IMG/VR virus record: IMGVR_UViG_3300020049_010822
Location: 1-64,000 of that record
From: a virus
Lineage: Duplodnaviria > Caudoviricetes
DNA length: 64,000 nt
Strand: one strand, 5' to 3'
Shown: positions 1-8,915 of the stretch, in pieces
Layout of the letters: each line of letters starts with the position of its first letter
Numbering within the stretch: the first letter of the stretch is position 1
Made by a program: the position numbers and the translations under genes
The notes under the pieces: generated by a model
Database searches by the model: none
Told to the model about the DNA's origin: nothing
What the model saw: the letters and a program-made list of their open reading frames with translations, nothing else

Positions 1-63
1 AACACTGCATTTCCACCAATTTACACACAATAGCCGACAGGTACGGCACAACCATCTTTTAAC

Positions 64-606
64 ATGAAAATTTCAAGTTCACCAGCTCTTAAAGAGCAAC
101 TGTCCTTCTTAGCTCAAGCACACACTTTGCACGTTCGCACTGGTAGTGCTACGGGCGAACTATTCAAGACAGATACCGCAACCGAAAACGCATTGTTGCC
201 ACTTTCCGGGCAATCATTCACCGTCTTGGAATGCGAACTTCTAGCAGGTCGGGGCAAGTCACGGACAGGCACAAATAGTGTTACCAACGAGAAATACACC
301 GTAGCAACTGGCAATACCGAAGTACTTTGCAAGGTCGCAATCAAACACGATGCAAGCAACCAGACTTACAATTTACGCATGAAATTGGGCGAAGTGGCGG
401 CAATGGATCAAACTAGTGGTAAAGGCGTTCTTTTCTTCGAGCGCGTTGGGGGCAAAAAGGATGCAAACGGGGCAATCATTGAAGCAGGTCAATTTTGGCC
501 ACACGCTGAAAAAGGTGCAACCATTGAACAACAACAAGCCTACATAGCCGCCGCCATTGTAGTAGGCGAAGCCGCAAAAGCAGGCGCACCACCTATTAAG
601 CCATAA
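64..606 (+). CDS. hypothetical early protein
   Basis: 180-aa ORF, AACATG start context, TAA stop. Confidence 0.7.
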   Translation: MKISSSPALKEQLSFLAQAHTLHVRTGSATGELFKTDTATENALLPLSGQSFTVLECELLAGRGKSRTGTNSVTNEKYTVATGNTEVLCKVAIKHDASNQTYNLRMKLGEVAAMDQTSGKGVLFFERVGGKKDANGAIIEAGQFWPHAEKGATIEQQQAYIAAAIVVGEAAKAGAPPIKP

Positions 607-698
607 AATCCACCCTACCCCATTGTCTAGGCTTTTAGCCTAGATTCTCTAAATCTTTAAGAACTTTTCACAACTGGCAGATAATAATAACAGGTACA

Positions 699-989
699 AT
701 GCGAAAGATCAAAGGTAAATCCTGTTATTGTCTGTCTTTACCCCTAAATATTATGGCTACAGATTATTCTCAATACCTCGACCAAAGTGTAGCAGCTTAC
801 TACATATTGCATCATATGCAAGCATCAATTGCAGATCCAAGCTTGATGTTCAGCCATTTAGATCTAATTGATTACATCAAAAGTGTGATCCAATACCCAG
901 AGTTTAATTACACTGAGTATTACTACCGATGTACAATCAAATCAATCAAACCAGCAATACACCACATTGAAGCCAAATCTGGTTTTTAA
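699..989 (+). CDS. hypothetical protein (start possibly 753)
   Basis: ORF in co-directional early gene array. Confidence 0.5.
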   Translation: MRKIKGKSCYCLSLPLNIMATDYSQYLDQSVAAYYILHHMQASIADPSLMFSHLDLIDYIKSVIQYPEFNYTEYYYRCTIKSIKPAIHHIEAKSGF

Positions 990-1071
990 ATAACATTAGA
1001 GGGAAAGCCTATTTAGTGTCACGACTAATAGGTGAGTACCTCGTTTTCCTTCATCCTTCAATCTTTCTAAC

Positions 1072-1473
1072 ATGAAAAAAGATTATCAATGGGCAATCTG
1101 GCTCATCATTGCACTGTTTTCAGTGCTAGCCGCATCATGTGGTGAACAGCCACCAACCACATTTGAAAAACACACTGTGAGAATGTCAACACGGGATTCC
1201 CTCTACGCCAACACTTATCCCTATGAATGGGATAAAATCACTTACAATCTAGTGAGGCATGGGAATCATGCAGAGTGGGATTCAGTACAAACAAAGGTTT
1301 GGTTTAATGAAGAGTATATCGATGTAAACGGTGTGATATTTGATGAGGGAGCTATATGGGTGAATAAGCACACTTTCCAATCGGATAGTTCTGGGTTCAC
1401 GATAAAAGTAACTCCAATGTCTATGCAGATAGTATCAAACAAATACGGACTATCTTCATATTATCGTAAATAA
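1072..1473 (+). CDS. putative lipoprotein
   Basis: MKK + hydrophobic stretch + LAASC lipobox. Confidence 0.7.
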   Translation: MKKDYQWAIWLIIALFSVLAASCGEQPPTTFEKHTVRMSTRDSLYANTYPYEWDKITYNLVRHGNHAEWDSVQTKVWFNEEYIDVNGVIFDEGAIWVNKHTFQSDSSGFTIKVTPMSMQIVSNKYGLSSYYRK

Positions 1474-1545
1474 ACTTTCATGAGATTTATACATGGGATA
1501 TGTCGGAAGATATATCCTTTTTCTTAACCTCAACATCCTACTCTA

Positions 1546-1800
1546 ATGGCTAAATTCTACTCTGATGATGATAGACCAAATACTGTATCATCTGATCCAA
1601 CAAGAATAACCTTGGGGGCAATCGTTACAATCAGTGAATGGACGTACTTAGGTGTGCCTATGACGACTTTTGCGGGTCTACCCATAGTAATGATCCCACC
1701 GCAACCTAAATCAGAGGATAAACCTCTCTTATGGGGAGTTGTAATTGCTTCAGAAAAGGAGCAAAGATGGATAACCTGTTGCTGGTCATTCGAAAATTAA
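1546..1800 (+). CDS. hypothetical protein
   Basis: 84-aa ORF in gene array. Confidence 0.5.
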   Translation: MAKFYSDDDRPNTVSSDPTRITLGAIVTISEWTYLGVPMTTFAGLPIVMIPPQPKSEDKPLLWGVVIASEKEQRWITCCWSFEN

Positions 1801-1803
1801 AAC

Positions 1804-1956
1804 ATGAACTATAAATCCTACTTTCAACACTGTAAAGATAAAAACATCTCATTTGCTGTGGCTGCTCAACTATTATCGTTACTACTTAACTGTAGTGATA
1901 ATGAACATGTTGACGTCTTACACGATCAGATATGTATTTATCATTACACACTTTAG
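1804..1956 (+). CDS. small hypothetical protein (50 aa, not in ORF track)
   Basis: AACATG start, MNYKSYFQHCKDKNISF...YTL-TAG, fills gap between neighbours. Confidence 0.5.
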   Translation: MNYKSYFQHCKDKNISFAVAAQLLSLLLNCSDNEHVDVLHDQICIYHYTL

Positions 1957-1965
1957 CCTTTCAAC

Positions 1966-2208
1966 ATGCTTACCAAACAACAACAAATAGCGTTTATTTG
2001 TACTTGTCAAGACCTCAACATAAAAGCTGAGGACGCTCTTACATTACTCCGCATGACATTTGGTATTGATATATTAATCCAGATGACAGAAGTATTGAAG
2101 ATGACAGGAACAGAACTAGTAACCAATTGCTGTGGAGCCACAGTGTTTGGAGAAACAAATTTCTGCAAGAAATGTGGGGAACAAGCAGAAATGGTAATTG
2201 CTGAATAA
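1966..2208 (+). CDS. hypothetical protein with C-terminal Zn-ribbon
   Basis: NCCG...FCKKCGE motif; AACATG start. Confidence 0.6.
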   Translation: MLTKQQQIAFICTCQDLNIKAEDALTLLRMTFGIDILIQMTEVLKMTGTELVTNCCGATVFGETNFCKKCGEQAEMVIAE

Positions 2209-2386
2209 TTCATCAATCTCTTTATAACATGAATCCACGTTTTGCCCGGCTTTATGCCCGATTCCCGCACCTCAAGCATTTCTCCACGATTTGCTGAGCC
2301 TCCTTTTAACATTGCACTATAGCTGAATATCAACCGATATAAACAGTACGAGATAAATACCTCGTATGTGCACAATCCTTTTAAAC

Positions 2387-2575
2387 ATGAAGAAATATTG
2401 GAAAGTAACGCTGTTTAGCGAGAATTCAAAAACGTATACCTACGTTACTGGCGAAAACATATTCCAAGCGGTGTTGTTCTGTGGAGCAGAGAGAGAGCAA
2501 ATAAAATCCGTTGCTTACGCAAAGGGTTACAGCGAGAAAATGGCCAAACGGAGTAAATACAAACACTCAGTGTAA
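2387..2575 (+). CDS. small hypothetical protein
   Basis: AACATG start at 2387 (MKKYWKV), TAA stop. Confidence 0.55.
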   Translation: MKKYWKVTLFSENSKTYTYVTGENIFQAVLFCGAEREQIKSVAYAKGYSEKMAKRSKYKHSV

Positions 2576-2587
2576 AGAAAATTAAAT

Positions 2588-2980
2588 CCTATTCGGGATG
2601 TGTCGATATCGGCGGCTAATGCTTTACGCAGGACCGAAATGATAGATATGAAAGAATAGGTGTGGGCTAATACTATTGGTACGTATTAGTGTAGAGTCGT
2701 GAGTACTACATCCGCAGTCTTCTACAACCACTACAAGTGATTACAAATAGCAGTATAACAAAGCTGTATGAGAAGATAATCCTCGATCTTTGAGGGGGCT
2801 CATATGTAATTGCGACAGCACAAGTCAGTTCTCAGTATTAGCTAGTGGAGGCATAGGACCTCACGCAATTGTACTAGTATAGAAGAGACAGGCTTGCGGG
2901 TATGACAACTTATGTTGTTAATTGGAAGAGCAGTAATGCGATGACTCCATGAGATATCCGTGGTCCACAGCGATGTGGCT
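2588..2980 (+). ncRNA. candidate ~390-nt structured non-coding RNA
   Basis: no ORF >=60 aa inside; nested complementary pairs CCTATTC 2588/GAATAGG 2654, CTAATAC 2667/GTATTAG 2683, TCTTCTA 2718/TAGAAGA 2880, AATTGCG 2808/CGCAATT 2864, terminal CCACA-GCGA-TGTGG hairpin. Confidence 0.55.
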
Positions 2981-3002
2981 GCTTAAACTAATTATTTTTC
3001 AT

Positions 3003-3686
3003 ATGAAAAAACAATTTTTCCTTTTAAGTTTGTTTCTCACTTTGCTTTCATGCAAAGGTTCTGTTAACCCTAATGAATGGGTTGTTTCTACTGGTACATG
3101 CTGGAACACCATGACGGTATCTAAAGCTGGGGATATGATTCCACGCCTTATGACTACCTGTGATCGAATGGTTATACTCCCAGCCACTGAATTGTCTGCC
3201 GATGTTAACTGCGAAACCAAATTTGCAGGGCGTGTTGCCGGACAAGTGAATATTGTTTACCAGTGGAAGATTACCGATCCAGTTGCGTTCATTCAGTCCG
3301 CTAAATCCATTACGTCAGCAGCTACTGATGAAAAGCACAAGATTGATCCTAATGCGTTAGAATCAATTGAAAATGCTGTAGTAGATAAGATGCTAGTGGA
3401 TCTTGTAAGGGAATATACCCCAAACAAAGAAGCTGGGCTCGATGAGAAGACTATCGAGAATGACATCAACCAAGCCGCATCCTCTAAGTTTGCGAATAGA
3501 GGAGTTTCCCTTTACAACATGTCTGTAAATGTGAATTTCTCTCCACAAACAGAAGAAGCGTTAGATGTCATATCTGCCTTGAAGTTTTATGAACAAAACG
3601 GACAGTCAGATCTCGGTAAGAAAGTAATAGAACAAAAAGCTGGAGCAACAAAAGTGTATGTTTCAACAACTAAAAGGGAAGACTAA
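3003..3686 (+). CDS. SPFH/band-7-like lipoprotein
   Basis: start at 3003 gives MKKQFFLLSLFLTLLSC lipobox; VNPNEWVV, YQWKITDP, GVSLYNMSVNV resemble SPFH domain. Confidence 0.6.
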   Translation: MKKQFFLLSLFLTLLSCKGSVNPNEWVVSTGTCWNTMTVSKAGDMIPRLMTTCDRMVILPATELSADVNCETKFAGRVAGQVNIVYQWKITDPVAFIQSAKSITSAATDEKHKIDPNALESIENAVVDKMLVDLVREYTPNKEAGLDEKTIENDINQAASSKFANRGVSLYNMSVNVNFSPQTEEALDVISALKFYEQNGQSDLGKKVIEQKAGATKVYVSTTKRED

Positions 3687-3817
3687 TTAGTCATCGCTCC
3701 GACTACTCCTCGTCTACTGTATATACTAGTATCACTAGTCACTACGGGCTTCGAGAGTCGGGGCGATTATATTAACTCAAATTCTAATTCTGCTCATCAT
3801 AAAAAAGATAAGAAATT

Positions 3818-4126
3818 ATGGGAGGACAACCAACGAAAAAAGTAGTTAGAATAAAACCCAAACTAGATCCTGATCCGGAGAACTACGGATGGGAGCCTAT
3901 GTGCACTGCAAAGAACATGGAGATCTATATTATCAGAACTCCTGAATTCAATCATGTATTAGCACGGATTTCTCCTCGTTCCCAACCATTTTGGGTACGT
4001 GTCAAGTATCTTTCTTTCTTTCATTGGAAAATATACCTTTGGTGTATCGGTACTAATAAACAAACTAAAAGAATTTGGTTAGGACCTGAATTAACTCAAG
4101 AAATTTTAAGTAATATCCCGATTTAG
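3818..4126 (+). CDS. hypothetical protein
   Basis: 102-aa ORF. Confidence 0.55.
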   Translation: MGGQPTKKVVRIKPKLDPDPENYGWEPMCTAKNMEIYIIRTPEFNHVLARISPRSQPFWVRVKYLSFFHWKIYLWCIGTNKQTKRIWLGPELTQEILSNIPI

Positions 4127-4135
4127 TCGGGAACC

Positions 4136-4267
4136 GGCACTATAGCTCAGCGGTAGAGCACCTTATTATAGATCTGTTCAGCAGTATGTAATAGGAGGAA
4201 TGAACGGTTTCAGCACTATAGGTGACTGTCTCAATTCGATACACTGGTTCGAATCCAGTTAGTGCCG
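4136..4267 (+). tRNA. aberrant tRNA-like RNA (132 nt) with expanded anticodon/variable region; possible UCA loop
   Basis: acceptor GGCACTA/TAGTGCC, D-arm GCTC-AGCGGTA-GAGC and T-arm ACTGG-TTCGAAT-CCAGT are canonical, but ~60 extra nt lie between D and T arms. Confidence 0.7.
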
Positions 4268-4308
4268 CCTGTTAATCAAAAAACAATTGATCGGTTAGAA
4301 AGATCATA

Positions 4309-4342
4309 CCCCAACTGTGTCTAAAAGTAGATGCGGTTGGGG
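4309..4342 (+). terminator. strong stem-loop downstream of tRNA-like RNA
   Basis: CCCCAACTGTGTCTA-AAAG-TAGATGCGGTTGGGG; no clear U-tract. Confidence 0.45.
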
Positions 4343-4371
4343 ATTATTAAAAAATTAAAACACATTTCAAT

Positions 4372-4743
4372 ATGAAAAAAATCCTTTTTTGCTGCTTATT
4401 ATTAGGAGCTATCAACTTGCAAGCACAAGGTCGTGTGGAATTCATTAGCTCTATTACTATACCTAAACCATTAGGTTGGAGCGGTGTACCTGTATTACTC
4501 ATCCGAGCAATTGCGGATGTACGGTTAGAATTAGCACAGGATACAGATCTTGCAGAAATGGAGAACTATCTTTCTACATTCCAATGTATGACGAATAAAA
4601 ATTCCAATACTTCATACGAAGAATGGGAAGATTGCCTCCGGCTAGCTAGTATCCCATATCCTGTCTCCATAATCAATCGGTGGAAGACACTTAAATTATT
4701 GGAGTATAATAAACAGCGTGCAACTCATCTAATGCGATGGTAA
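4372..4743 (+). CDS. putative secreted protein
   Basis: MKKILF...LQAQ Bacteroidota-type signal peptide. Confidence 0.65.
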   Translation: MKKILFCCLLLGAINLQAQGRVEFISSITIPKPLGWSGVPVLLIRAIADVRLELAQDTDLAEMENYLSTFQCMTNKNSNTSYEEWEDCLRLASIPYPVSIINRWKTLKLLEYNKQRATHLMRW

Positions 4744-4838
4744 CCGATTTTTAACATGCCAATACTATTATTCCTTTTATTGGGATTCTTGGTGCATTGG
4801 ATAATGCTCAAGATCACTGACCACTTAAATTCCCTGAA

Positions 4839-5135
4839 ATGAGAATACTCTTTTTCTTATTGCTCAGCTTTCAGTTAAGTGGGCAATCCTACTCCACGGC
4901 CCAGAAGTTGACAACAGAATGTGGTGTAGAAATCACTTTGTCTTTACACCAGGGCCCAGAACTCACCACCTTGGATATTTGTATTCCCTCTAAAAGGGTG
5001 TATATGTTTATCAGGGTGAAAAACAAACAAATTAAAATTCTCAAAGAGAACAATAAGTTAGTATATCTGGAAATCAACTTTCCTTATGTAGGAACTTATA
5101 AATTTTACGGAGGTGGACAACCCCTTGCGATGTAA
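4839..5135 (+). CDS. putative secreted protein
   Basis: MRILFFLLLSFQLSGQ signal peptide. Confidence 0.6.
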   Translation: MRILFFLLLSFQLSGQSYSTAQKLTTECGVEITLSLHQGPELTTLDICIPSKRVYMFIRVKNKQIKILKENNKLVYLEINFPYVGTYKFYGGGQPLAM

Positions 5136-5170
5136 TGTCGTTGGGGGCCACTCCTAAATCATTTTACAAC

Positions 5171-5572
5171 ATGAAAAAAATCATTTTTATCCTGCTTGGA
5201 TTACTCCTCGCAGCCATTGCCCTTCCCGCTCAAATTATCGAGCTTAAAATCGATTCCACAAACATTGCTAAAATGCAAATCTGTAACACCTTCGGATGTG
5301 AGACTGTGGACTTAGGTGAATGGATTACCGTGTATAATGAAAGTCAGACATCCCCAGCTGGGGATTATAGAACTGCCCTCATTAGATCACAAGACACAGA
5401 TGAAAATGCTTTACCTTTATGGTGGGCATATATCGTCATAGTACAAGACGAACAGGAAAACGTGGAGTTCCACTTTAACAACATGGTGATCTATCAAGGA
5501 TCGCGTTTTATCATGAACTCTATCTCGCGTCCAGTCCAATGGGATATGATGTGGCAGAGATGTCAATTTTAG
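5171..5572 (+). CDS. putative secreted protein
   Basis: AACATG start at 5171, MKKIIFILLG...PAQ signal peptide. Confidence 0.65.
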   Translation: MKKIIFILLGLLLAAIALPAQIIELKIDSTNIAKMQICNTFGCETVDLGEWITVYNESQTSPAGDYRTALIRSQDTDENALPLWWAYIVIVQDEQENVEFHFNNMVIYQGSRFIMNSISRPVQWDMMWQRCQF

Positions 5573-5645
5573 GTTAATAATGATTGTACTTCCCATTCTG
5601 TAGTAATTATAGGATGGGTTTTTCTTGTCACTAACTAATTTTAAC

Positions 5646-6098
5646 ATGAAATACATTGTATTTTTCCTTACCATTTATCTCTTTTCCTGCGGCTCCATTA
5701 AACAAGAGGCTGATGCCACTATGTTCGGAGGTGAGGACACCGATCAAGAGACTGTGAAAAATCTCGCCCCGGCCACTTACAGAGTGTACTACGAAGAAGC
5801 GGCGCCCAAGTCCCAAGTCAAAAACAAATTGACTACAGACCCATGTAAAAACACTGCCTCAAAGCAAATTACCGGCTCAGAATGGGATAAAGGTTATCTC
5901 ATCCACAGCATGGACTGTCAAAAATTGAACGGTCCTTGGATAGCCACATTTGTCTTATTCGGGCAGGAAATGAAAGCTTTGCCCGCATTTATGCGCCCTG
6001 GCCGGGTAACAAATTCTTATCACAATTTAACCCCCATGAAGGTCTATGTTGACGAAAATGTTGCGGACCCCATCTGGGTCCTTGTCGATCTCCTTTAA
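5646..6098 (+). CDS. putative lipoprotein
   Basis: AACATG start at 5646, MKYIVFFLTIYLFSC lipobox. Confidence 0.65.
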   Translation: MKYIVFFLTIYLFSCGSIKQEADATMFGGEDTDQETVKNLAPATYRVYYEEAAPKSQVKNKLTTDPCKNTASKQITGSEWDKGYLIHSMDCQKLNGPWIATFVLFGQEMKALPAFMRPGRVTNSYHNLTPMKVYVDENVADPIWVLVDLL

Positions 6099-6256
6099 AC
6101 AAGGAATGTGTGTCCTATTGGTATACGCACTGCTCTGCAATTATTGCAGCACACCGCACAAGAAGACAGTGTACCCTAAAAGGCACCCAATTCACAAAGT
6201 AAAATGACCATCCTGCTCTTTTGTTAAACTTCCCTAGCTGTAAAGTTGGGGATATT

Positions 6257-6329
6257 GATTCCATAGCTCAATGGATAGAGCACCGCCCTTTTAAGGCGGG
6301 GGTTTGAGGTTCGAATCCTTGTGGGATCA
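6257..6329 (+). tRNA. tRNA with TTT (Lys) anticodon, Arg-like body
   Basis: cloverleaf GATTCCA/TGGGATC, D GCTC-AATGGATA-GAGC, anticodon arm CCGCC-CTTTTAA-GGCGG, T TGAGG-TTCGAAT-CCTTG; CCA not encoded. Confidence 0.9.
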
Positions 6330-6482
6330 CAACTATTTATTTTGTTTTGCGACAGTCCAGCAGTCGATGCTATTCCAGAGCGCCAATTCTTTTAACGAAT
6401 GTGGTTTTTGTAAGTTCAGGCGTAACTGGACATCTCCCCTACCGAAATTGGGGGCTGGCTGTCATTTAAAAAACCTTTTAAC

Positions 6483-6851
6483 ATGAAAGATTACTTGGAG
6501 CATCAAATCAGAAATGCCAAAAGTTTTGGTGAATTACTTGGAAATCTGTTTCTCCTCACCACATATCACTCAGAGTACACCAAATTCCTAATTCTCATCA
6601 GAGAAAACTATTGGCCTAGAGTGCCCTCTGACGCAGACTCAAATGCGTTATTGTTAGATTTAGTTCGCAGGTTTGAATGCTGGACTACCGAACAACCAAA
6701 TCGGTATTGGAAAACAATGATTGTTAAAAATCAACACGCTTTAGTAGCTGGTAGTCCATTATCTCCAGAAGCATTTTATGCCCCTGATTATGACGCGGCG
6801 ATAATTCACTGTATTGTTGTACTTGAAATCAAATCCGAAGATTTAATATGA
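6483..6851 (+). CDS. hypothetical protein
   Basis: AACATG start; TGA stop in ATGA overlap with next gene. Confidence 0.65.
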   Translation: MKDYLEHQIRNAKSFGELLGNLFLLTTYHSEYTKFLILIRENYWPRVPSDADSNALLLDLVRRFECWTTEQPNRYWKTMIVKNQHALVAGSPLSPEAFYAPDYDAAIIHCIVVLEIKSEDLI

Positions 6852-7156
6852 ATAGCGCAGATAGTACTCTGTTTATATTAGCCGTGTTGTTCCTCATCAT
6901 TGTAGGCATTTGGTATACTATCAAATCACAGAAATTAAACGATGCGAGGGAGACTGTAAAATCTGATAAAAGATCGGAATTACAATATGAATTACGACGT
7001 GCTAAGACCACAACAAATAACCTAGTAGTAGTCTTAATTGGAATATTGCTAGGAATCATCGTAGTTTTTGCGTTGGGTAAACCCCAGCCAAATCAAGGAG
7101 AAAAACTAAAACCATCACCAGACACAATTAGTTATGAGAAGGCCAGATACCATTAA
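6848..7156 (+). CDS. two-TM membrane protein
   Basis: two hydrophobic segments. Confidence 0.65.
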   Translation: MNSADSTLFILAVLFLIIVGIWYTIKSQKLNDARETVKSDKRSELQYELRRAKTTTNNLVVVLIGILLGIIVVFALGKPQPNQGEKLKPSPDTISYEKARYH

Positions 7157-7418
7157 ACCGTTCGCTGCTTTTTCAATTGTATATGGCTTTTTATTTGCCA
7201 TATATTTTTTGTCGACCCCAAATTCATTTAAGCCTCTAATTTGCTTTGTAGCAATGTTATTATGGGCAGTAATCACTCTACCTCACTACAGTATTAAAAG
7301 TGTCTTAGAACGAATCCTCGTGCGTTCTAAGCACATCTGGAAGTACTACAGAATGTTGTTCATCATAATTACAATCATTTTCACCATATTTATGTGGTGT
7401 TTAATACAATTAACATGA
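7134..7418 (+). CDS. membrane protein
   Basis: three hydrophobic segments; ATGA overlap stop. Confidence 0.6.
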   Translation: MRRPDTIKPFAAFSIVYGFLFAIYFLSTPNSFKPLICFVAMLLWAVITLPHYSIKSVLERILVRSKHIWKYYRMLFIIITIIFTIFMWCLIQLT

Positions 7419-7561
7419 AAGTAACAACGATAGTTAACATTGTCGTCATCATCGTGGGAATCTACTTCATATTTACAGGTGAACGTTGGGCTGCTGAATT
7501 TATAGCTTTACTGTTTTTCTATAAATTAGGATTAGTATCTCCTAAAACAATCAATTTCTAA
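7415..7561 (+). CDS. small membrane protein (48 aa, not in ORF track)
   Basis: AACATG start, MKVTTIVNIVVIIVGIYFIF..., TAA abuts next start. Confidence 0.55.
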   Translation: MKVTTIVNIVVIIVGIYFIFTGERWAAEFIALLFFYKLGLVSPKTINF

Positions 7562-7562
7562 C

Positions 7563-7808
7563 ATGAAAAAACTTCCACCAGAAGTACAGGAAGCCATCAT
7601 CTTGGTAGGTAAACTAGACCCAAAAGATTATCCTTGGAAATACAAAGCACTAAATAATTTGTGTCAATGTACAAGTAAGGAGGCTTACATGTCTAACTTT
7701 ATTACATCTCCAAATGGATCTCTGGCTAAAGCTGTAAATATGTTTGTGTGGGCAAATACACTACAAGGATTTGATTTTTGGTATAAAATCCAAAGAAATT
7801 TACCATGA
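7563..7808 (+). CDS. hypothetical protein
   Basis: 81 aa, C-terminal FVWANTLQGFDFW motif; ATGA overlap. Confidence 0.6.
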   Translation: MKKLPPEVQEAIILVGKLDPKDYPWKYKALNNLCQCTSKEAYMSNFITSPNGSLAKAVNMFVWANTLQGFDFWYKIQRNLP

Positions 7809-8074
7809 GGAAACTCGAATTAGGTGAAAAGCTTGCCGTTATTTTCATACTATGTATGGGAGTATACGCTACTTACGTACATTTTGGGACTCACATGTAT
7901 ACTGCGGCTTTAATAATGTGGAGCTGGGTAAAAGAAGATCTCCGTTTTTCTCGTGCTGGACAGCATTTTTTATGTGCGGGAATTTCTATAGCTGTTATTA
8001 TGATAATCATCGAGGTTATAGAATTCCGATTAAAACGTGAAAAAAAGGAATCTGACGATCTCCTAGACGATTAG
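7805..8074 (+). CDS. membrane protein
   Basis: hydrophobic segments. Confidence 0.6.
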   Translation: MRKLELGEKLAVIFILCMGVYATYVHFGTHMYTAALIMWSWVKEDLRFSRAGQHFLCAGISIAVIMIIIEVIEFRLKREKKESDDLLDD

Positions 8075-8082
8075 ATACAAGA

Positions 8083-8415
8083 AATCCCTAGCCGACTTTA
8101 ACGGCTACCAAGGATAAGGGTCCCTACCCTGTTTTATATTACTCTTGCCTGACAGCAGTGCGTTAATTCCTCATTTAGCAGGACCATCCCTTTATCGTTA
8201 GAGACTCAACGACACGTCTTGCACGTACCTAGAGTGTTTGACCGTAATACAACGGCCCTCTGCTAAATTCACTGTCAGCGTAATAGTAATACCTTTCGAC
8301 ACTATCGGAGAAAACCATCCGATTAAGATGAAATCCGACTTCTAGGCCACCTCGTATTAGATTTTCAATCTACTGCTTGGCCGATACAGGAGTCACTCTT
8401 CCTGCAATGTCTATC
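8083..8415 (-). ncRNA. candidate ~330-nt structured antisense RNA
   Basis: no ORF >=60 aa; nested helices (plus coordinates) 8137/8285, 8149/8272, 8173/8260, 8305/8334, 8345/8378, 8387/8400, 8089/8102; lies directly downstream of a minus-strand host-type promoter. Confidence 0.65.
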
Positions 8416-8420
8416 TAACA

Positions 8421-8451
8421 CAAAGATAACACATTTCAAGACGAAATACAA
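8421..8451 (-). promoter_or_regulatory. Bacteroidota primary-sigma promoter (-33 TTG / -7 TAnnTTTG)
   Basis: minus strand TTG (8451-8449), 20-nt spacer, TATCTTTG (8428-8421). Confidence 0.7.
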
Positions 8452-8477
8452 GTCTTTGTTAAATTATTTTTCAAAAA

Positions 8478-8912
8478 ATGGAAAAAAAACCCACAATCCG
8501 TCGCTGGGTAGCTGAACATCGGGACAATCAAATTTTCGGCGTAGACTACGATGCTAACCTATTACAAAGAAGATTGGTAATATTTCTGCACGATTTCGAA
8601 TTCGATACTAAAACAGAACGAGATAAAGCAGAACTTGTAGGTGAAGAACTGCGGTATATTAAGGGTAGCCCTAATGTGCGCGAAGAACAGCACCCCGAAT
8701 TGAGAAAAGCGTTGTATGACGCGCGTAATGTTAAATCTAATGAATGGACGGGAGTACTTCTTGAGTATTCTGAGATCCTATGCCAGGCTGGAAAGGGGTT
8801 AAAGCCCCGGCTCGTAAATTATCGCCTTAATAAAAAGGCACATCTGATAACCTACATCCGTCTCTTAGAAGTTGCCCATCACTATGGGTACGAGATTGAT
8901 GAAAATGAATAA
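8478..8912 (+). CDS. hypothetical protein
   Basis: 144-aa ORF. Confidence 0.65.
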   Translation: MEKKPTIRRWVAEHRDNQIFGVDYDANLLQRRLVIFLHDFEFDTKTERDKAELVGEELRYIKGSPNVREEQHPELRKALYDARNVKSNEWTGVLLEYSEILCQAGKGLKPRLVNYRLNKKAHLITYIRLLEVAHHYGYEIDENE

Positions 8913-8915
8913 GTT

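Noticed and set aside
2949-3002. N-terminal extension of the SPFH gene
   Set aside because: The signal peptide begins at ATG 3003; the extension overlaps the structured RNA candidate.
6304-6486. 60-aa ORF
   Set aside because: Starts inside the tRNA T-arm with TTG; spurious.
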